A DNA stretch of 64,000 nt from Candidatus Cyclobacteriaceae bacterium M3_2C_046 (lineage in GTDB: Bacteria; Bacteroidota; Bacteroidia; Cytophagales; Cyclobacteriaceae), in NCBI GenBank assembly GCA_051418075.1, contig JBPRGG010000177.1:22749-86748 (forward strand). The letters run 5' to 3'. Positions within the stretch are counted from its first letter, which is position 1, and each line of letters starts with the position of its first letter. Under the pieces are notes generated by a model, which saw only the letters and a program-made list of their open reading frames with translations, made no database searches and had not been told where the DNA came from. The position numbers and the translations under genes are program-made. Shown one piece after another: positions 40,495-51,131 of the stretch.

Positions 40495-41790
40495 ATGGAA
40501 TATACTGGCGTATTGATCCTGGTATTGAGTTTTGTGGTATTGTTAGCGCTAGGTGTACCTATAGCTTTCAGTATAGGTATATCTACTATGTTCACCATGT
40601 TGGTGAGTATAGATGCTATCCCCGCCTTCACAACCTTGGCCCAACGAATGGTAACAGGGTTAGACAATTTTGCTTTGCTGGCCATACCCTTTTTTATACT
40701 GGCCGGTCAGATTATGAACCGGGGAGGCATTGCCACCCGCTTAATTGATTTTGCCAAGGTGCTGGTGGGTATGCTTCCCGGTGGCTTGGCTTATGTCAAT
40801 ATTCTGGCGGCTATGTTATTTGGAGCTATTTCAGGTTCTGCCGGAGCGGCTGCTTCCGCCATTGGAGGTTTTATGACCCCCTTGATGACCAAAGAAGGCT
40901 ATGACAGGCCATTCAGTGCCGCGGTGAACATCACCTCTTCCACTACCGGGTTGATCATACCTCCCAGTAATACCCTGATCGTTTATTCCCTGGCCAGTGG
41001 AGGTGTATCCATTGGCGCTTTGTTTTTAGCCGGTTATTTCCCGGGTATCCTGGTGGGATTATTCCTGATGATTGTGGCCGGATATTTTGCCTATCGAAAT
41101 AAGTATCCGGTGGGTGATCGCATTTCATTCAGAGTAGGTGTTCATAAATTCTTAAAAGCGGTTCCCAGCATGTTGCTACTGGTAGTGGTGATGGGGGGAA
41201 TTATTGCTGGTATATTTACTGCCACTGAAGCTTCCGCCATTGCTGTTTTATATGCTTTATTGTTGGCCTTATTTTATCGGGAGGTAACACTTAAAGACCT
41301 GCCAGATATTTTGAAATCAACCCTTTATACCACTTCAATCATTATGATCCTGATTGGTACATCTATGGGGATGTCCTGGATCATGTCTTTTGAAGAAATA
41401 CCCCAGGTGGTCAGCCATACTTTACTTTCTATCAGTGATAATAAAGTCATTATATTGTTAATGATCAATCTGATTTTATTATTCGTGGGAATATTCATGG
41501 ATATGACACCGGCTGTTTTGATTTTTACACCCATATTTTTACCTATTGTAACAGATCTTGGTATTGATCCGGTGCATTTTGGTATTATTATGGTGCTGAA
41601 CCTGTGTATAGGATTATGTACCCCGCCTGTCGGTTCTGTTTTATTTATTGGTTGTAGTGTGGCCAATATCAGCATTATGAAGGTAATTAAGCCGCTTTTG
41701 CCACTATTTGTGGCCATGATCATAGCGCTGATCATTATCACCTATGTTCCCGAGATTTCCCTGTATTTACCTGGTGTTTTTGGATTTTAA
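40495..41790 (+). CDS. TRAP transporter large permease subunit (DctM family); no DctQ/DctP adjacent
   Basis: 431-aa polytopic protein with DctM-like sequence throughout (GIATRLIDFA...LAAMLFGAISGSAGAA). Starts 3 nt after the uxuA stop. Confidence 0.8.
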   Translation: MEYTGVLILVLSFVVLLALGVPIAFSIGISTMFTMLVSIDAIPAFTTLAQRMVTGLDNFALLAIPFFILAGQIMNRGGIATRLIDFAKVLVGMLPGGLAYVNILAAMLFGAISGSAGAAASAIGGFMTPLMTKEGYDRPFSAAVNITSSTTGLIIPPSNTLIVYSLASGGVSIGALFLAGYFPGILVGLFLMIVAGYFAYRNKYPVGDRISFRVGVHKFLKAVPSMLLLVVVMGGIIAGIFTATEASAIAVLYALLLALFYREVTLKDLPDILKSTLYTTSIIMILIGTSMGMSWIMSFEEIPQVVSHTLLSISDNKVIILLMINLILLFVGIFMDMTPAVLIFTPIFLPIVTDLGIDPVHFGIIMVLNLCIGLCTPPVGSVLFIGCSVANISIMKVIKPLLPLFVAMIIALIIITYVPEISLYLPGVFGF

Positions 41791-41793
41791 TGA

Positions 41794-43059
41794 TTGATGC
41801 TTATGAGATTAAACTATCTTTTGTTCTCCATTTTACTGGTTTTGGGTTTTAAATTTGCACAGGGTCAGGAACTTGCCAGTTTTATTGTAGCGTCCGGTCA
41901 ATGGGAGCGTCAGGATACACCTGTTTCTGCTTCCCTGGAACATGTTGAATTTAGTCCGGATCAACCTTTGCAATTATATGAACTGAGCCGTTCAAGTCTT
42001 CAACCAGTTCCTTTTCAGATAGAGCCGGGTCAACCCTATCGCATTTGGTGGATTTTGAGTGGCGCTACAGGGAAGGAACAAAAAAGAGTGTATGTATTAA
42101 AACAGGAAGAACAGGAACAACCTGTTCAGGCTGAGGTAACTTTTGTAAAAGATCCCCGATCACTTGTATTGTTCAAACAGGGGCAGCCAGTAGTACAGTA
42201 CAATCATGCCATTACACCACCTCCGCCAGGGGTGGATGAAGTATATTCCCGTAGTGGCTATATTCATCCCCTTTACAGTCCTTCAGGATTTGAGCTAACC
42301 ACCATTCACCCGGCTGACCATATTCATCATATGGGAATATGGAATCCCTGGACCAAAACCAAATTTGAAGGGAGAGAAGTTGATTTCTGGAACCTGAATA
42401 AAGGACAGGGAACAGTCAGGTTTGCTGATTATATTTCTCATTATGAAGGGCCTGTATTTGGTGGTTTTAAATCATTGCATGAGCATGTGGACCTCACCGC
42501 TCCCACATCTACCGGTAGTAAGGTGGCCATCAATGAAGTTTGGGATATCAGGGTTTATAATGCAGGAAAAGATTACTCTATCGTTGATTTTTACGCTACC
42601 TTAAATTGCGCCAGTGATAGTACAATCGTTCTGGAAAAATACCGATATGCCGGATTTGGCTACCGGGCCAACCAGGACTGGACCAATCAGAATAGTGAAA
42701 TTTTAACCTCGGAAGGTAAAACCAGGACAGATGCTGATGCCACCAAAGCCAGGTGGTGTAAAGTAGCGGGAGAAACTGGTCAGGGGCGATCCGGTATTGT
42801 ATTTATGAGCCATCCATCAAACCATACTCACCCTGAAGCCATGCGGGTTTGGCCGGTAGATGCAAATCAGGGCAGAGGAGATGTATTCTTTCAGTTTTGC
42901 CCGATCAGGGACAATGACTGGCCTCTGAAGGCAGGACAAGTATATATGCTGAAATACAGAATGTATGTTTTTGATGGAGATATAAGCCCGGAGCAGGCGG
43001 AAAACAGATGGCAGGACTTTGCACATCCTCCCAGGGTAACTGTTGACCTGCCAAAATAG
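41794..43059 (+). CDS. exported PmoA-like (DUF6807) family protein
   Basis: Signal peptide; His-rich IHPADHIHHMGIWNPW; co-located with ThuA and Gfo/Idh/MocA as commonly seen for this family. Confidence 0.4.
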   Translation: MMLMRLNYLLFSILLVLGFKFAQGQELASFIVASGQWERQDTPVSASLEHVEFSPDQPLQLYELSRSSLQPVPFQIEPGQPYRIWWILSGATGKEQKRVYVLKQEEQEQPVQAEVTFVKDPRSLVLFKQGQPVVQYNHAITPPPPGVDEVYSRSGYIHPLYSPSGFELTTIHPADHIHHMGIWNPWTKTKFEGREVDFWNLNKGQGTVRFADYISHYEGPVFGGFKSLHEHVDLTAPTSTGSKVAINEVWDIRVYNAGKDYSIVDFYATLNCASDSTIVLEKYRYAGFGYRANQDWTNQNSEILTSEGKTRTDADATKARWCKVAGETGQGRSGIVFMSHPSNHTHPEAMRVWPVDANQGRGDVFFQFCPIRDNDWPLKAGQVYMLKYRMYVFDGDISPEQAENRWQDFAHPPRVTVDLPK

Positions 43060-43135
43060 ATTATTGGTTTGGTAGATGCGAAATTGGCAGTAATTCAAAT
43101 TATAATTAAATTTATATAACTTCAATAGTGATGAT

Positions 43136-43924
43136 ATGAAACAAATAACCCTTTTATGGCTGGTCTTGATTGGTTTAAGCTCCTGGCAGACACCAGAGCC
43201 AAATGTGTTGGTATATACCCGGAATGGAGAAGGTTATGTTCATGATAATATACCTTACAGTGTAGAGGCCCTGGAAAAGCTTGGTCAGGAAAACAATTTT
43301 AAAGTGGAAGTTTCAGATGATCCCGCGCTTTTCCGGCAGGACGTACTGGAGAATTACGACCTGATCATTTTTGCCAATTCTAATAACGATGCTTTTGAAA
43401 ATGATCAGCAAAGGTTGGAATTCAAAAGATATATTCAGGCCGGAGGCGCATTTGTAGGGATACACTCTGCCTGTGGATCTGAAAGGAACTGGCCCTGGTT
43501 TCAGCAGATGCTGGGAGGTAAGTTTAAGAGACATCCCAAGTTTCAGCCCTTTGTGCTGAAAATTATAGATTCTGATCATCCATCCACTTCCTTTTTAGGC
43601 AGTCAATGGGAGTGGGAAGATGAATGTTACTATCTGGATCACCTCAATCCTGACATTCATGTTTTAATGGCAGCCGATCTTACTACGGTAGAAGATGATA
43701 AGATATCAGACTACCCTGGAAAGACCTTTGGCAATCTTTTCCCCCTGGCCTGGTATCATCATTATGATGGCGGCTGGCAGTGGTATACAGCTTTAGGTCA
43801 TGACCCTGAGCATTATAGCGATCCCAAATTTTTAAAACATATTTTAGGAGGTATCCAATGGGCCTTACAACACAGCCATGTGAACTATTCCGGAGCCAGA
43901 GCTACCTCAGTTAAACTGCAATAA
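43136..43924 (+). CDS. ThuA-like (class I glutamine amidotransferase-fold) protein, exported
   Basis: Signal peptide; LVYTRNGEGYVHDNIP...LIIFANSNNDAFENDQQ...GGAFVGIHSA, typical of ThuA (trehalose utilisation) proteins. Confidence 0.7.
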   Translation: MKQITLLWLVLIGLSSWQTPEPNVLVYTRNGEGYVHDNIPYSVEALEKLGQENNFKVEVSDDPALFRQDVLENYDLIIFANSNNDAFENDQQRLEFKRYIQAGGAFVGIHSACGSERNWPWFQQMLGGKFKRHPKFQPFVLKIIDSDHPSTSFLGSQWEWEDECYYLDHLNPDIHVLMAADLTTVEDDKISDYPGKTFGNLFPLAWYHHYDGGWQWYTALGHDPEHYSDPKFLKHILGGIQWALQHSHVNYSGARATSVKLQ

Positions 43925-43936
43925 AAGCAAATAATT

Positions 43937-45331
43937 ATGAAAGATAAAAATTATAAGAACCGACGATCATTTCTTAAAACCATGGCCCTGGGTTCCGGAG
44001 CTGCCTTGGCTTTTCCTACCATAGTACCGGCTTCGGTGTTGGGAAAAAATGCTCCGGGTAACAAGATCAATATTGGGCAAATTGGTTGTGGCAGAATCGC
44101 CCGGTCACATGACCTGCCCGAAACTATGAAGTATGATATAGCCAGAGTGGTAGCTGTGTGTGATGTGGATAGTAAGCGGGTGAAAGAAGGCAAGCAATTT
44201 GTAGAGGAATGGTATGGTGAAAATAAAGGCAATCGAAACCTGGTAGATGTAAAAACCTACACAGATTACCGGGAAATGCTGAACAATCCGGATATTGATG
44301 CGGTGATTATCAGTACACCCGATCATTGGCATGCTCAACCAGCAATAGAAGCTGCATTGGCCGGGAAAGATATTTACTTACAAAAACCTACCTCTTTGAC
44401 TATCAGGGAAGGAAGGGCCATGAGTGACATCATTCATCGTACCGGAACCGTATTCCAAATAGGCAGTCAGCAAAGATCTCAGGATCCCTGGCCTCAGTTT
44501 AAAAAAGCCTGTGAATTGGTGAGAAACGGAAGAATCGGGGATATCCACACCATTAAGATAGGACTTCCCGGGGATCCCTCCGGACCGGAAGCACCGGAAA
44601 TGCCTGTACCGGAAAATCTTGATTATGACCAGTGGTTAGGCTCTACCCCGGATGTTTACTACACTGAAATGCGCATACATCCTCAAAACGACTATTCCCG
44701 GCCAGGTTGGTTGCGTTGTGAACAGTTTGGTGCAGGAATGATCACCGGTTGGGGGGCTCACCATTTAGATATTGCTCATTGGGGGATGGGTACGGAGTTT
44801 TCCGGGCCGGTAGAGATTGAAGCTTCGGCAGAATTCCCCCAATCAGGTTTATGGGATGTTCATGGTGATTTTAAAGTAACTGCCAAATATGATAATGGGG
44901 TGACTATGCTGGTCAGTGGTGATTATCCCAATGGGGTGCGTTTTGAAGGTTCAGAGGGCTGGATATTTGTGGCCAGAGGTAATGTAGGTGTTACTGCCAG
45001 TGATCCTACCACAGGTGATAATCCGGCTTTAGTATCTAATGATCCTAAAATGTTGGGCTCCGTAATCAATGAAAATGAGGTGCACCTTTATGAAAGTCCG
45101 GAACAACATAAAAACTGGCTGGATTGTATTGTCTCCCGCAAACTTACGGTGGCTCCGGCTGAAGTGGCTCACCGTTCAACCAGCGCCTGTTTGATTGCTC
45201 ATATAGCTATGAAACTTGATCGAAAACTGTACTGGGATCCGCTAAAGGAAAGATTTAAGAATGATGATGAAGCTAATAATATGCTGGATCGGCCACAAAG
45301 ACATCCTTATGGGTATAAGTATGTAATTTAA
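43937..45331 (+). CDS. Gfo/Idh/MocA-family oxidoreductase with a twin-arginine (Tat) signal, periplasmic
   Basis: RRSFLKTMALGSGAALAFP Tat motif followed by Rossmann NIGQIGCGRIA and an EKP-like LQKP motif. Confidence 0.8.
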   Translation: MKDKNYKNRRSFLKTMALGSGAALAFPTIVPASVLGKNAPGNKINIGQIGCGRIARSHDLPETMKYDIARVVAVCDVDSKRVKEGKQFVEEWYGENKGNRNLVDVKTYTDYREMLNNPDIDAVIISTPDHWHAQPAIEAALAGKDIYLQKPTSLTIREGRAMSDIIHRTGTVFQIGSQQRSQDPWPQFKKACELVRNGRIGDIHTIKIGLPGDPSGPEAPEMPVPENLDYDQWLGSTPDVYYTEMRIHPQNDYSRPGWLRCEQFGAGMITGWGAHHLDIAHWGMGTEFSGPVEIEASAEFPQSGLWDVHGDFKVTAKYDNGVTMLVSGDYPNGVRFEGSEGWIFVARGNVGVTASDPTTGDNPALVSNDPKMLGSVINENEVHLYESPEQHKNWLDCIVSRKLTVAPAEVAHRSTSACLIAHIAMKLDRKLYWDPLKERFKNDDEANNMLDRPQRHPYGYKYVI

Positions 45332-45344
45332 AGCGCATTAATAT

Positions 45345-45377
45345 TGACCTCCCGGATAACCCCTTGAAAGGAGGTCA
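45345..45377 (+). terminator. hairpin downstream of the Gfo/Idh/MocA gene
   Basis: 8-bp perfect GC-containing stem tgacctcc (45345-45352) / ggaggtca (45370-45377) with a 17-nt loop; the trailing T-run is weak. Confidence 0.35.
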
Positions 45378-45569
45378 TATTCCATTATTCTCCTACTTTT
45401 GGTGCCTTCATCCAGAAAGGTGCCGATAAAAACCACATCAGTGTACCTATAAAAGCTAATCTTGTATGTAAAGTAAATTCAATTAGCCCGGAAAAAACCA
45501 GGAAAGATGGAATCACAGTTAGCAAAAGACCGGTAATGGATATTAAGATCAGTAAATATTTCATAATAA

Positions 45570-47024
45570 TCAGCTGTAAACAGGTTCAGGACTTTTCTTG
45601 TACATTAATTTGCTCAATACTATATAAAGAAATGCCGCGATAAACCACCCGGGCAAACCTAAGAAGAAAATTTCAATATTGTAAATCATGTTTAATCCCA
45701 AGCATATCAGCAGGGTAAAGATCCAGGTTAATCCGGCAGCCCAATTGAACAGCACGTTTCTTTTTTCGGCATAATCAGAAGCAATGCCTAATTTAGGAAA
45801 CAAGTAATAATCGACAATTATAATGGCACCCATTGGCATTAACAACAGTCCGTACAATGCTACAAAATCCAGTAGTTGCATTACCAGGGCGGGAAAACAA
45901 GCTGCAATGGTGGTGATTACCCCTGTAACCAGTGTCACTTTCCACCTTTTGGAGGTGGGAGCAATCGCCTGAAAAGCTAAACCAGCCCGGTAAATGGTGG
46001 GATTTGCTGTGGTCCATCCGGCAATAATAACACATAAAGCCCCAGCCAGCCCTACTGCATTAAAGGCCAATGGGCCAGGAGCTACTGAAGGAATTTGATC
46101 ACCTGAGGCATTTTGCAGGAAAGAGGCAATGGAAACTCCCGCCGGTAATGCTTCTACCAATATTACGGAATATAAAATGCCGGCAGCCACCCAGGCAATG
46201 TAATGACCTATAAACATACCGGTAGCAGAAGAAAATCCCATCTGCCATTTTTTGGCATATCTTAATATCGACATGTCCGCCATGCCTATATGCATAGCCA
46301 TATTGGCAAACCATGCGAAAAAGGTCACATGCCACATGGAGAATTTTGATTGCCCTGCCAGGGGAATTCCTGTCCAGATCTTTTCATTGGCCACTGTCCA
46401 GAAATTATCCAAACCGGTTACACCTAATCGAGGTAAAACGGCAACTCCTGCTGCTATGAATACTAAAATCATCCATGGTGCAGTGAGATTGGCAAACCGT
46501 GAAACCTGTTCATAACCTAAAATAGCCACTACCGTAATTACTGAACCTACCGCCATTACCGTAACAACCCAACCTATATTATTAGGAACCCAGTCCGTCA
46601 GGGCCGGCATAGGGATGTTAAACGGAATTCCCACTGCGGTGGCAGACACCGCGATCATAGAGCCGGCCAGAAAACAAAACATGAGGGCATTCACAATATT
46701 GTAAAGCAACAGCAGGTAGGGGCCTAATATTTTTCTAAGCTTCCAATATAATGTAAGCCTTACTGAAGTAGCAATGGGGGCGCAAATAAAGGTCCAACTC
46801 AGAACTGCCAAAATGTTACCTAATAATAAGCCCAGGAAAAGATCTCCGGCTGATACACCATGTACTACAAACAACGGACCTATCACAAACTCTGTTCCAG
46901 CTGTATGTTCTCCGGCATACATACCGATAAAACTGCGCCAGCCTTTTAATTTATTTTGCGGAATGGGTTCCTGCTCGTATTCATTGATGGCATCAAGCCG
47001 GTTGGCTAATTTTTCTTCAGGCAT
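45570..47024 (-). CDS. NCS1 / purine-cytosine-permease-like transporter
   Basis: 484 aa with about 12 predicted TM helices; the N-terminal cytoplasmic stretch then GMYAGEHTAGTEFVIGP resembles CodB/CytX-type permeases. Confidence 0.5.
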   Translation of the reverse strand: MPEEKLANRLDAINEYEQEPIPQNKLKGWRSFIGMYAGEHTAGTEFVIGPLFVVHGVSAGDLFLGLLLGNILAVLSWTFICAPIATSVRLTLYWKLRKILGPYLLLLYNIVNALMFCFLAGSMIAVSATAVGIPFNIPMPALTDWVPNNIGWVVTVMAVGSVITVVAILGYEQVSRFANLTAPWMILVFIAAGVAVLPRLGVTGLDNFWTVANEKIWTGIPLAGQSKFSMWHVTFFAWFANMAMHIGMADMSILRYAKKWQMGFSSATGMFIGHYIAWVAAGILYSVILVEALPAGVSIASFLQNASGDQIPSVAPGPLAFNAVGLAGALCVIIAGWTTANPTIYRAGLAFQAIAPTSKRWKVTLVTGVITTIAACFPALVMQLLDFVALYGLLLMPMGAIIIVDYYLFPKLGIASDYAEKRNVLFNWAAGLTWIFTLLICLGLNMIYNIEIFFLGLPGWFIAAFLYIVLSKLMYKKSPEPVYS

Positions 47025-47232
47025 AATGTTTGGGTATTTTAAAACTGGTCAAAATAAAACCTTAAGGTTGATACTGGTGTCCTGTACTTTACTGAATTCG
47101 TTTTAAATATAAATAAAATTAGCCTGGAACAGAAACTTATCTGAAAGATTAGGTGGTTTGGGATTATTTCATAACTTAACAAAAAATTAATCATAAAAAA
47201 TTTAAATTCTGCTGATTTACCAGTAATTATGA

Positions 47233-47871
47233 ATGACTACCAGTGGAAGTATGATCACTAAAAAACCTATCTGGCTTTGGCCGGAATTTATTATTGTTTT
47301 TATAGCACTGCCTTTGATTCAGAAATTCAAACTGATAGAGATCCGGCCGGTTTTTATTTTAGTAGGTATTGCACTTTTGTTTGCATTTGTTCTGATCAAA
47401 GATAAATCTTTTCCTAACCGACGCTTTTATCAATGGGGTACACTGGATTGGAAAAAACATGTCATCTGGTTTTTAGCTGTAACAATGCTGGTCAGCCTTT
47501 TTATTTACTTTTTCAGGCATCGTTTATTCCTTGAATTCCCTATGGAAAAAACCCAGAAGTACCTGTTGGCCCTGGTTTTGTATCCGGTTTTATCAGTAAT
47601 TCCTCAGGAAATTATTTTCAGGGCTTACTACTATCACAGATACAAATCAATCACCAATAACAAGATGGTGGCTATCCTGATCAATTCTCTGGCTTTTGGT
47701 TTTCTGCATATCATTTACGACAACTGGCTGGCTCCGGTAGGGGCATTTTTGATCAGTTTCATTTTTAGCCTGACCTATTTAAAAACCAGGTCTTTACCTG
47801 TTGTAGTGATTGAGCACTATTTTTATGGAATTATGATTTTCACCATTGGACTGGGTCATTATTTTAAATAA
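47233..47871 (+). CDS. CPBP-family (CAAX / Abi) intramembrane metalloprotease
   Basis: Motif 1 QEIIFRAYY (EExxxR-like), motif 2 FGFLHI (FxxxH), about 6 TM helices. Confidence 0.7.
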   Translation: MTTSGSMITKKPIWLWPEFIIVFIALPLIQKFKLIEIRPVFILVGIALLFAFVLIKDKSFPNRRFYQWGTLDWKKHVIWFLAVTMLVSLFIYFFRHRLFLEFPMEKTQKYLLALVLYPVLSVIPQEIIFRAYYYHRYKSITNNKMVAILINSLAFGFLHIIYDNWLAPVGAFLISFIFSLTYLKTRSLPVVVIEHYFYGIMIFTIGLGHYFK

Positions 47872-47890
47872 ACAGACGGACTGAATCTTT

Positions 47891-49174
47891 CTATAAGCCT
47901 GTTGCCAGTACCTCTTTGCCTCGTTCCGCTATAAGTTGTTCCCGTATTTTCAATGACCTGAACAATTCTACCGGGTGTAATGCACCACCAGATCCGCGCA
48001 TAGCCTCAGCCACCAAAGGTCTGACATCGGTCCTAAAGGCAGACTGCACTAATTCCTGTGCTTTCACAACATCATTTTGTTCCTGTAAGGCAAATAAATG
48101 TTTTCGATCAATGATCAGGGCCTGAGCATAGGCCAGTTTTATTGCTTCTACTGATTGTAAAAGGTCTTCCAAAGGATCTTTCAGATTATGACTGGCATCA
48201 ATCATCCAAGATAAAGAAGGATTTTTGGAGTTGGGATCTTCCATTCCTTCTACCAATTCATTAAAGATCAAAAATAACTGAAAAGGCTTGATAGCGCCAA
48301 CTGTAAGATCATCATCGGCAAACTTACTGTCATTAAAATGAAAACCTCCCAATTTTGCCTGCATCATCAGAGTGGCTACAATTTGCTCAATATTGGTATT
48401 GGGCAAATGATGGCCCAGGTCTACCAGTGTATATGCTTTCTGTCCCAACTGGGAGGCCAGTAAAAATGAAGTACCCCAATCAGGAATTACTGTTGAATAG
48501 AAATAAGGTTCGAAAGGCTTATATTCAATTAGCATTTTCCAGTCTTCCGGCAGGTGTTGATAAATTTCAGCCAGAGCATCATGAGTTCTGCCCAGCGACT
48601 TGCGAAAATTTTGCTGACCGGGAAAACTGGACCCATCTGCCAGCCAAACGGTGATGGCTTTTGAACCTAATTGGACACCATAATCAATAACTTCCTGGTT
48701 ATGTTCAATGGCCAATTTTCTCACAGCAGGGTCAGTATGACTTAATGATCCAAATTTGTAGGAATAGGATTGTCCTTTTTGATCCTGGAAAGTATTGGAA
48801 TTAACGGCATCAAAATTCAGGTTGAGTTCTGTGGCCAATGACATAATGTGACTGGCATTTTCCGGTATATCCCAGGGAATATGCAGCGAGATGGAACCGC
48901 TGGATTGGTTTAAGGCATGTAGCAGACCTACATCTTCCATCTTTTCTTCCAGGTTTCTGGGCTCACCACCACCGGGATAGCGGCCAAAACGAGTACCACC
49001 TGTGCCCAGGGCCCAGCTGGGTATAGCAATCTGAAGCTGCCGGATCTTGCTAAGCAGATCTTCAACATTTATTCCTTGCCGGTCCAACTGATGGGCCAGA
49101 AAGTCAAATTTTTCCTGGTGATTATGCTGATTTTGCTGGTTAAATTCCTGTATGGAAGCTTTTGAAATTTTCAT
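47891..49174 (-). CDS. L-rhamnose isomerase-like sugar isomerase (TIM-barrel xylose-isomerase-like fold)
   Basis: 427 aa; LVDLGHH and GGFHFNDSKFADDDL metal-site-like motifs and overall collinearity with L-rhamnose isomerases. Confidence 0.5.
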   Translation of the reverse strand: MKISKASIQEFNQQNQHNHQEKFDFLAHQLDRQGINVEDLLSKIRQLQIAIPSWALGTGGTRFGRYPGGGEPRNLEEKMEDVGLLHALNQSSGSISLHIPWDIPENASHIMSLATELNLNFDAVNSNTFQDQKGQSYSYKFGSLSHTDPAVRKLAIEHNQEVIDYGVQLGSKAITVWLADGSSFPGQQNFRKSLGRTHDALAEIYQHLPEDWKMLIEYKPFEPYFYSTVIPDWGTSFLLASQLGQKAYTLVDLGHHLPNTNIEQIVATLMMQAKLGGFHFNDSKFADDDLTVGAIKPFQLFLIFNELVEGMEDPNSKNPSLSWMIDASHNLKDPLEDLLQSVEAIKLAYAQALIIDRKHLFALQEQNDVVKAQELVQSAFRTDVRPLVAEAMRGSGGALHPVELFRSLKIREQLIAERGKEVLATGL

Positions 49175-49310
49175 TTTACTAATAGTTTAAAATTTACCTG
49201 CAAGACGGGACATTTTTAAGATCTACTGATATAAATCTATAGTGCCTCATATGCTAATTCAAAGGTAAAAAATCAGGATAGCACCTATGTCCGGTACTAT
49301 CCTGTCATTA

Positions 49311-50960
49311 TTATCTCATTTTTTTATAGGCATTGATCAAGCCATTGGTAGAACTGTCATGACTTTTCACTTCCTGGTCATCTGACAATTCAGGCAAAAT
49401 CTGATTGGCTAGTTGTTTTCCCAATTCAACTCCCCATTGGTCAAAGCTGAAGATATTCCATATCACCCCCTGAGTAAAGATCTTGTGCTCATAAAGGGCA
49501 ATCAGACTACCTAATACCTTGGGTGTGAGTTTACTGAATAATACAGAGTTGGTTGGTTTATTTCCGGTAAACACCTTAAAGGGTGTGAGTTTTTCAATTT
49601 CATCTTCTGATTTACCTGCCTTTCTTAATTCCTCCTCTACTTCTTCTTTGGATTTTCCTTTCATTAAAGCTTCAGTCTGGGCGAAGAAATTCGAAAGCAA
49701 TTTCTGATGGTGATCCCCAATGGAATTTTGACTGATGGCAGGAGCCAGGAAGTCGCAGGGAATCAACTTGGTACCCTGGTGAATCAACTGATAAAAAGCA
49801 TGCTGGCCATTGGTGCCGGGTTCCCCCCAGATGATGGGACCAGTCTGGTAATCCACCGGATTCCCTTCCCGATCTATATACTTTCCATTACTTTCCATAT
49901 TTCCCTGCTGAAAATAAGCAGGAAAACGATGCATATACTGATCATAAGGCAAAATGGCCTCAGTCTCGGCCTGAAAAAAATTATTATACCAGAGGCCGAT
50001 CAGAGCCAGGATTACCGGCAGGTTTTTTTCAAAAGGCTCATTACGAAAATGCTGATCCATCTCAAAGGCGCCGGTTAGCAAAGCTTCAAAGTTCTCGAAT
50101 CCTATGCCACAGGCAATACTTAAGCCAATGGCAGACCATAGGGAGTACCTTCCGCCTACCCAATCCCAGAATTTGAACATGTTTTGCGGATCAATGCCAA
50201 ATTCAGTCACTTTTTGTTCATTGGTAGAGAGTGCTACAAAATGTTTTTTTACATGTTGTTCATCACCGGCTGAAGATAAAAACCAATCTTTGGCGGTGTT
50301 GGCATTGGTCATGGTTTCCTGGGTGGTAAATGTCTTTGATGCCACAATAAATAAGGTGGTTTCAGGATGGACTTTTTTCAAGGTTTCTGCCATATGGGTG
50401 CCATCTACATTGGAAACAAAATGTAGTTGGATATGTGGTTTCTGATAGGGTTTTAAAGCCTCAGTTACCATATAAGGCCCCAGGTCAGAGCCGCCAATTC
50501 CAATATTGACAATATCAGTAATGGCTTTCCCCGAATATCCTTTCCAACTACCTTTGACGATCTTATCAGAAAAAGTTTTCATCTGATCCAGTACCTGGTT
50601 CACTTCCGGCATCACGTCTTTTCCATCTACTTTGATAGGTTCATTGGAGCGATTCCGTAAAGCCACATGTAAAACAGCCCGATTTTCAGTTTCATTGATC
50701 TTGTCTCCGCCAAACATTTTGTTGATCGCATTTTTCAGGTCTGATGCGGTAGCCAGATTGATCAGCAGGTCCAAAGTTTCACGGGTGATAATGTTTTTAG
50801 AATAGTCTAGCAGGATATCATTGAATTTTAAGGAAAATTGATTGAAACGCCCGGGATCCTGGTCGAACAAATCCACCATTTTTTGGTTTTTAAGAGTTTG
50901 AAAGTGATCCGATAGATTGCTCCAGGCCTGAGTTTGAAGGGGGTTTATTTTATTAAGCAT
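49311..50960 (-). CDS. pgi: glucose-6-phosphate isomerase
   Basis: PGI signatures [16 protein letters not shown] and [10 protein letters not shown]; 549 aa. Confidence 0.9.
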   Translation of the reverse strand: MLNKINPLQTQAWSNLSDHFQTLKNQKMVDLFDQDPGRFNQFSLKFNDILLDYSKNIITRETLDLLINLATASDLKNAINKMFGGDKINETENRAVLHVALRNRSNEPIKVDGKDVMPEVNQVLDQMKTFSDKIVKGSWKGYSGKAITDIVNIGIGGSDLGPYMVTEALKPYQKPHIQLHFVSNVDGTHMAETLKKVHPETTLFIVASKTFTTQETMTNANTAKDWFLSSAGDEQHVKKHFVALSTNEQKVTEFGIDPQNMFKFWDWVGGRYSLWSAIGLSIACGIGFENFEALLTGAFEMDQHFRNEPFEKNLPVILALIGLWYNNFFQAETEAILPYDQYMHRFPAYFQQGNMESNGKYIDREGNPVDYQTGPIIWGEPGTNGQHAFYQLIHQGTKLIPCDFLAPAISQNSIGDHHQKLLSNFFAQTEALMKGKSKEEVEEELRKAGKSEDEIEKLTPFKVFTGNKPTNSVLFSKLTPKVLGSLIALYEHKIFTQGVIWNIFSFDQWGVELGKQLANQILPELSDDQEVKSHDSSTNGLINAYKKMR

Positions 50961-51131
50961 AACTTTGACAGGTTATAAAATGTTAAAAAATTAATCTTGT
51001 AGTAAATATGGCTGTAAAATTGATAAAAAATTAGTTTTTGGCCAACTACACTAATTTATTAATCTATTATCCTTTTTTATATAATTTTGGCAGAGAATGT
51101 TCAGGATTTCTTAAATAAATGTTGAGTTAAT

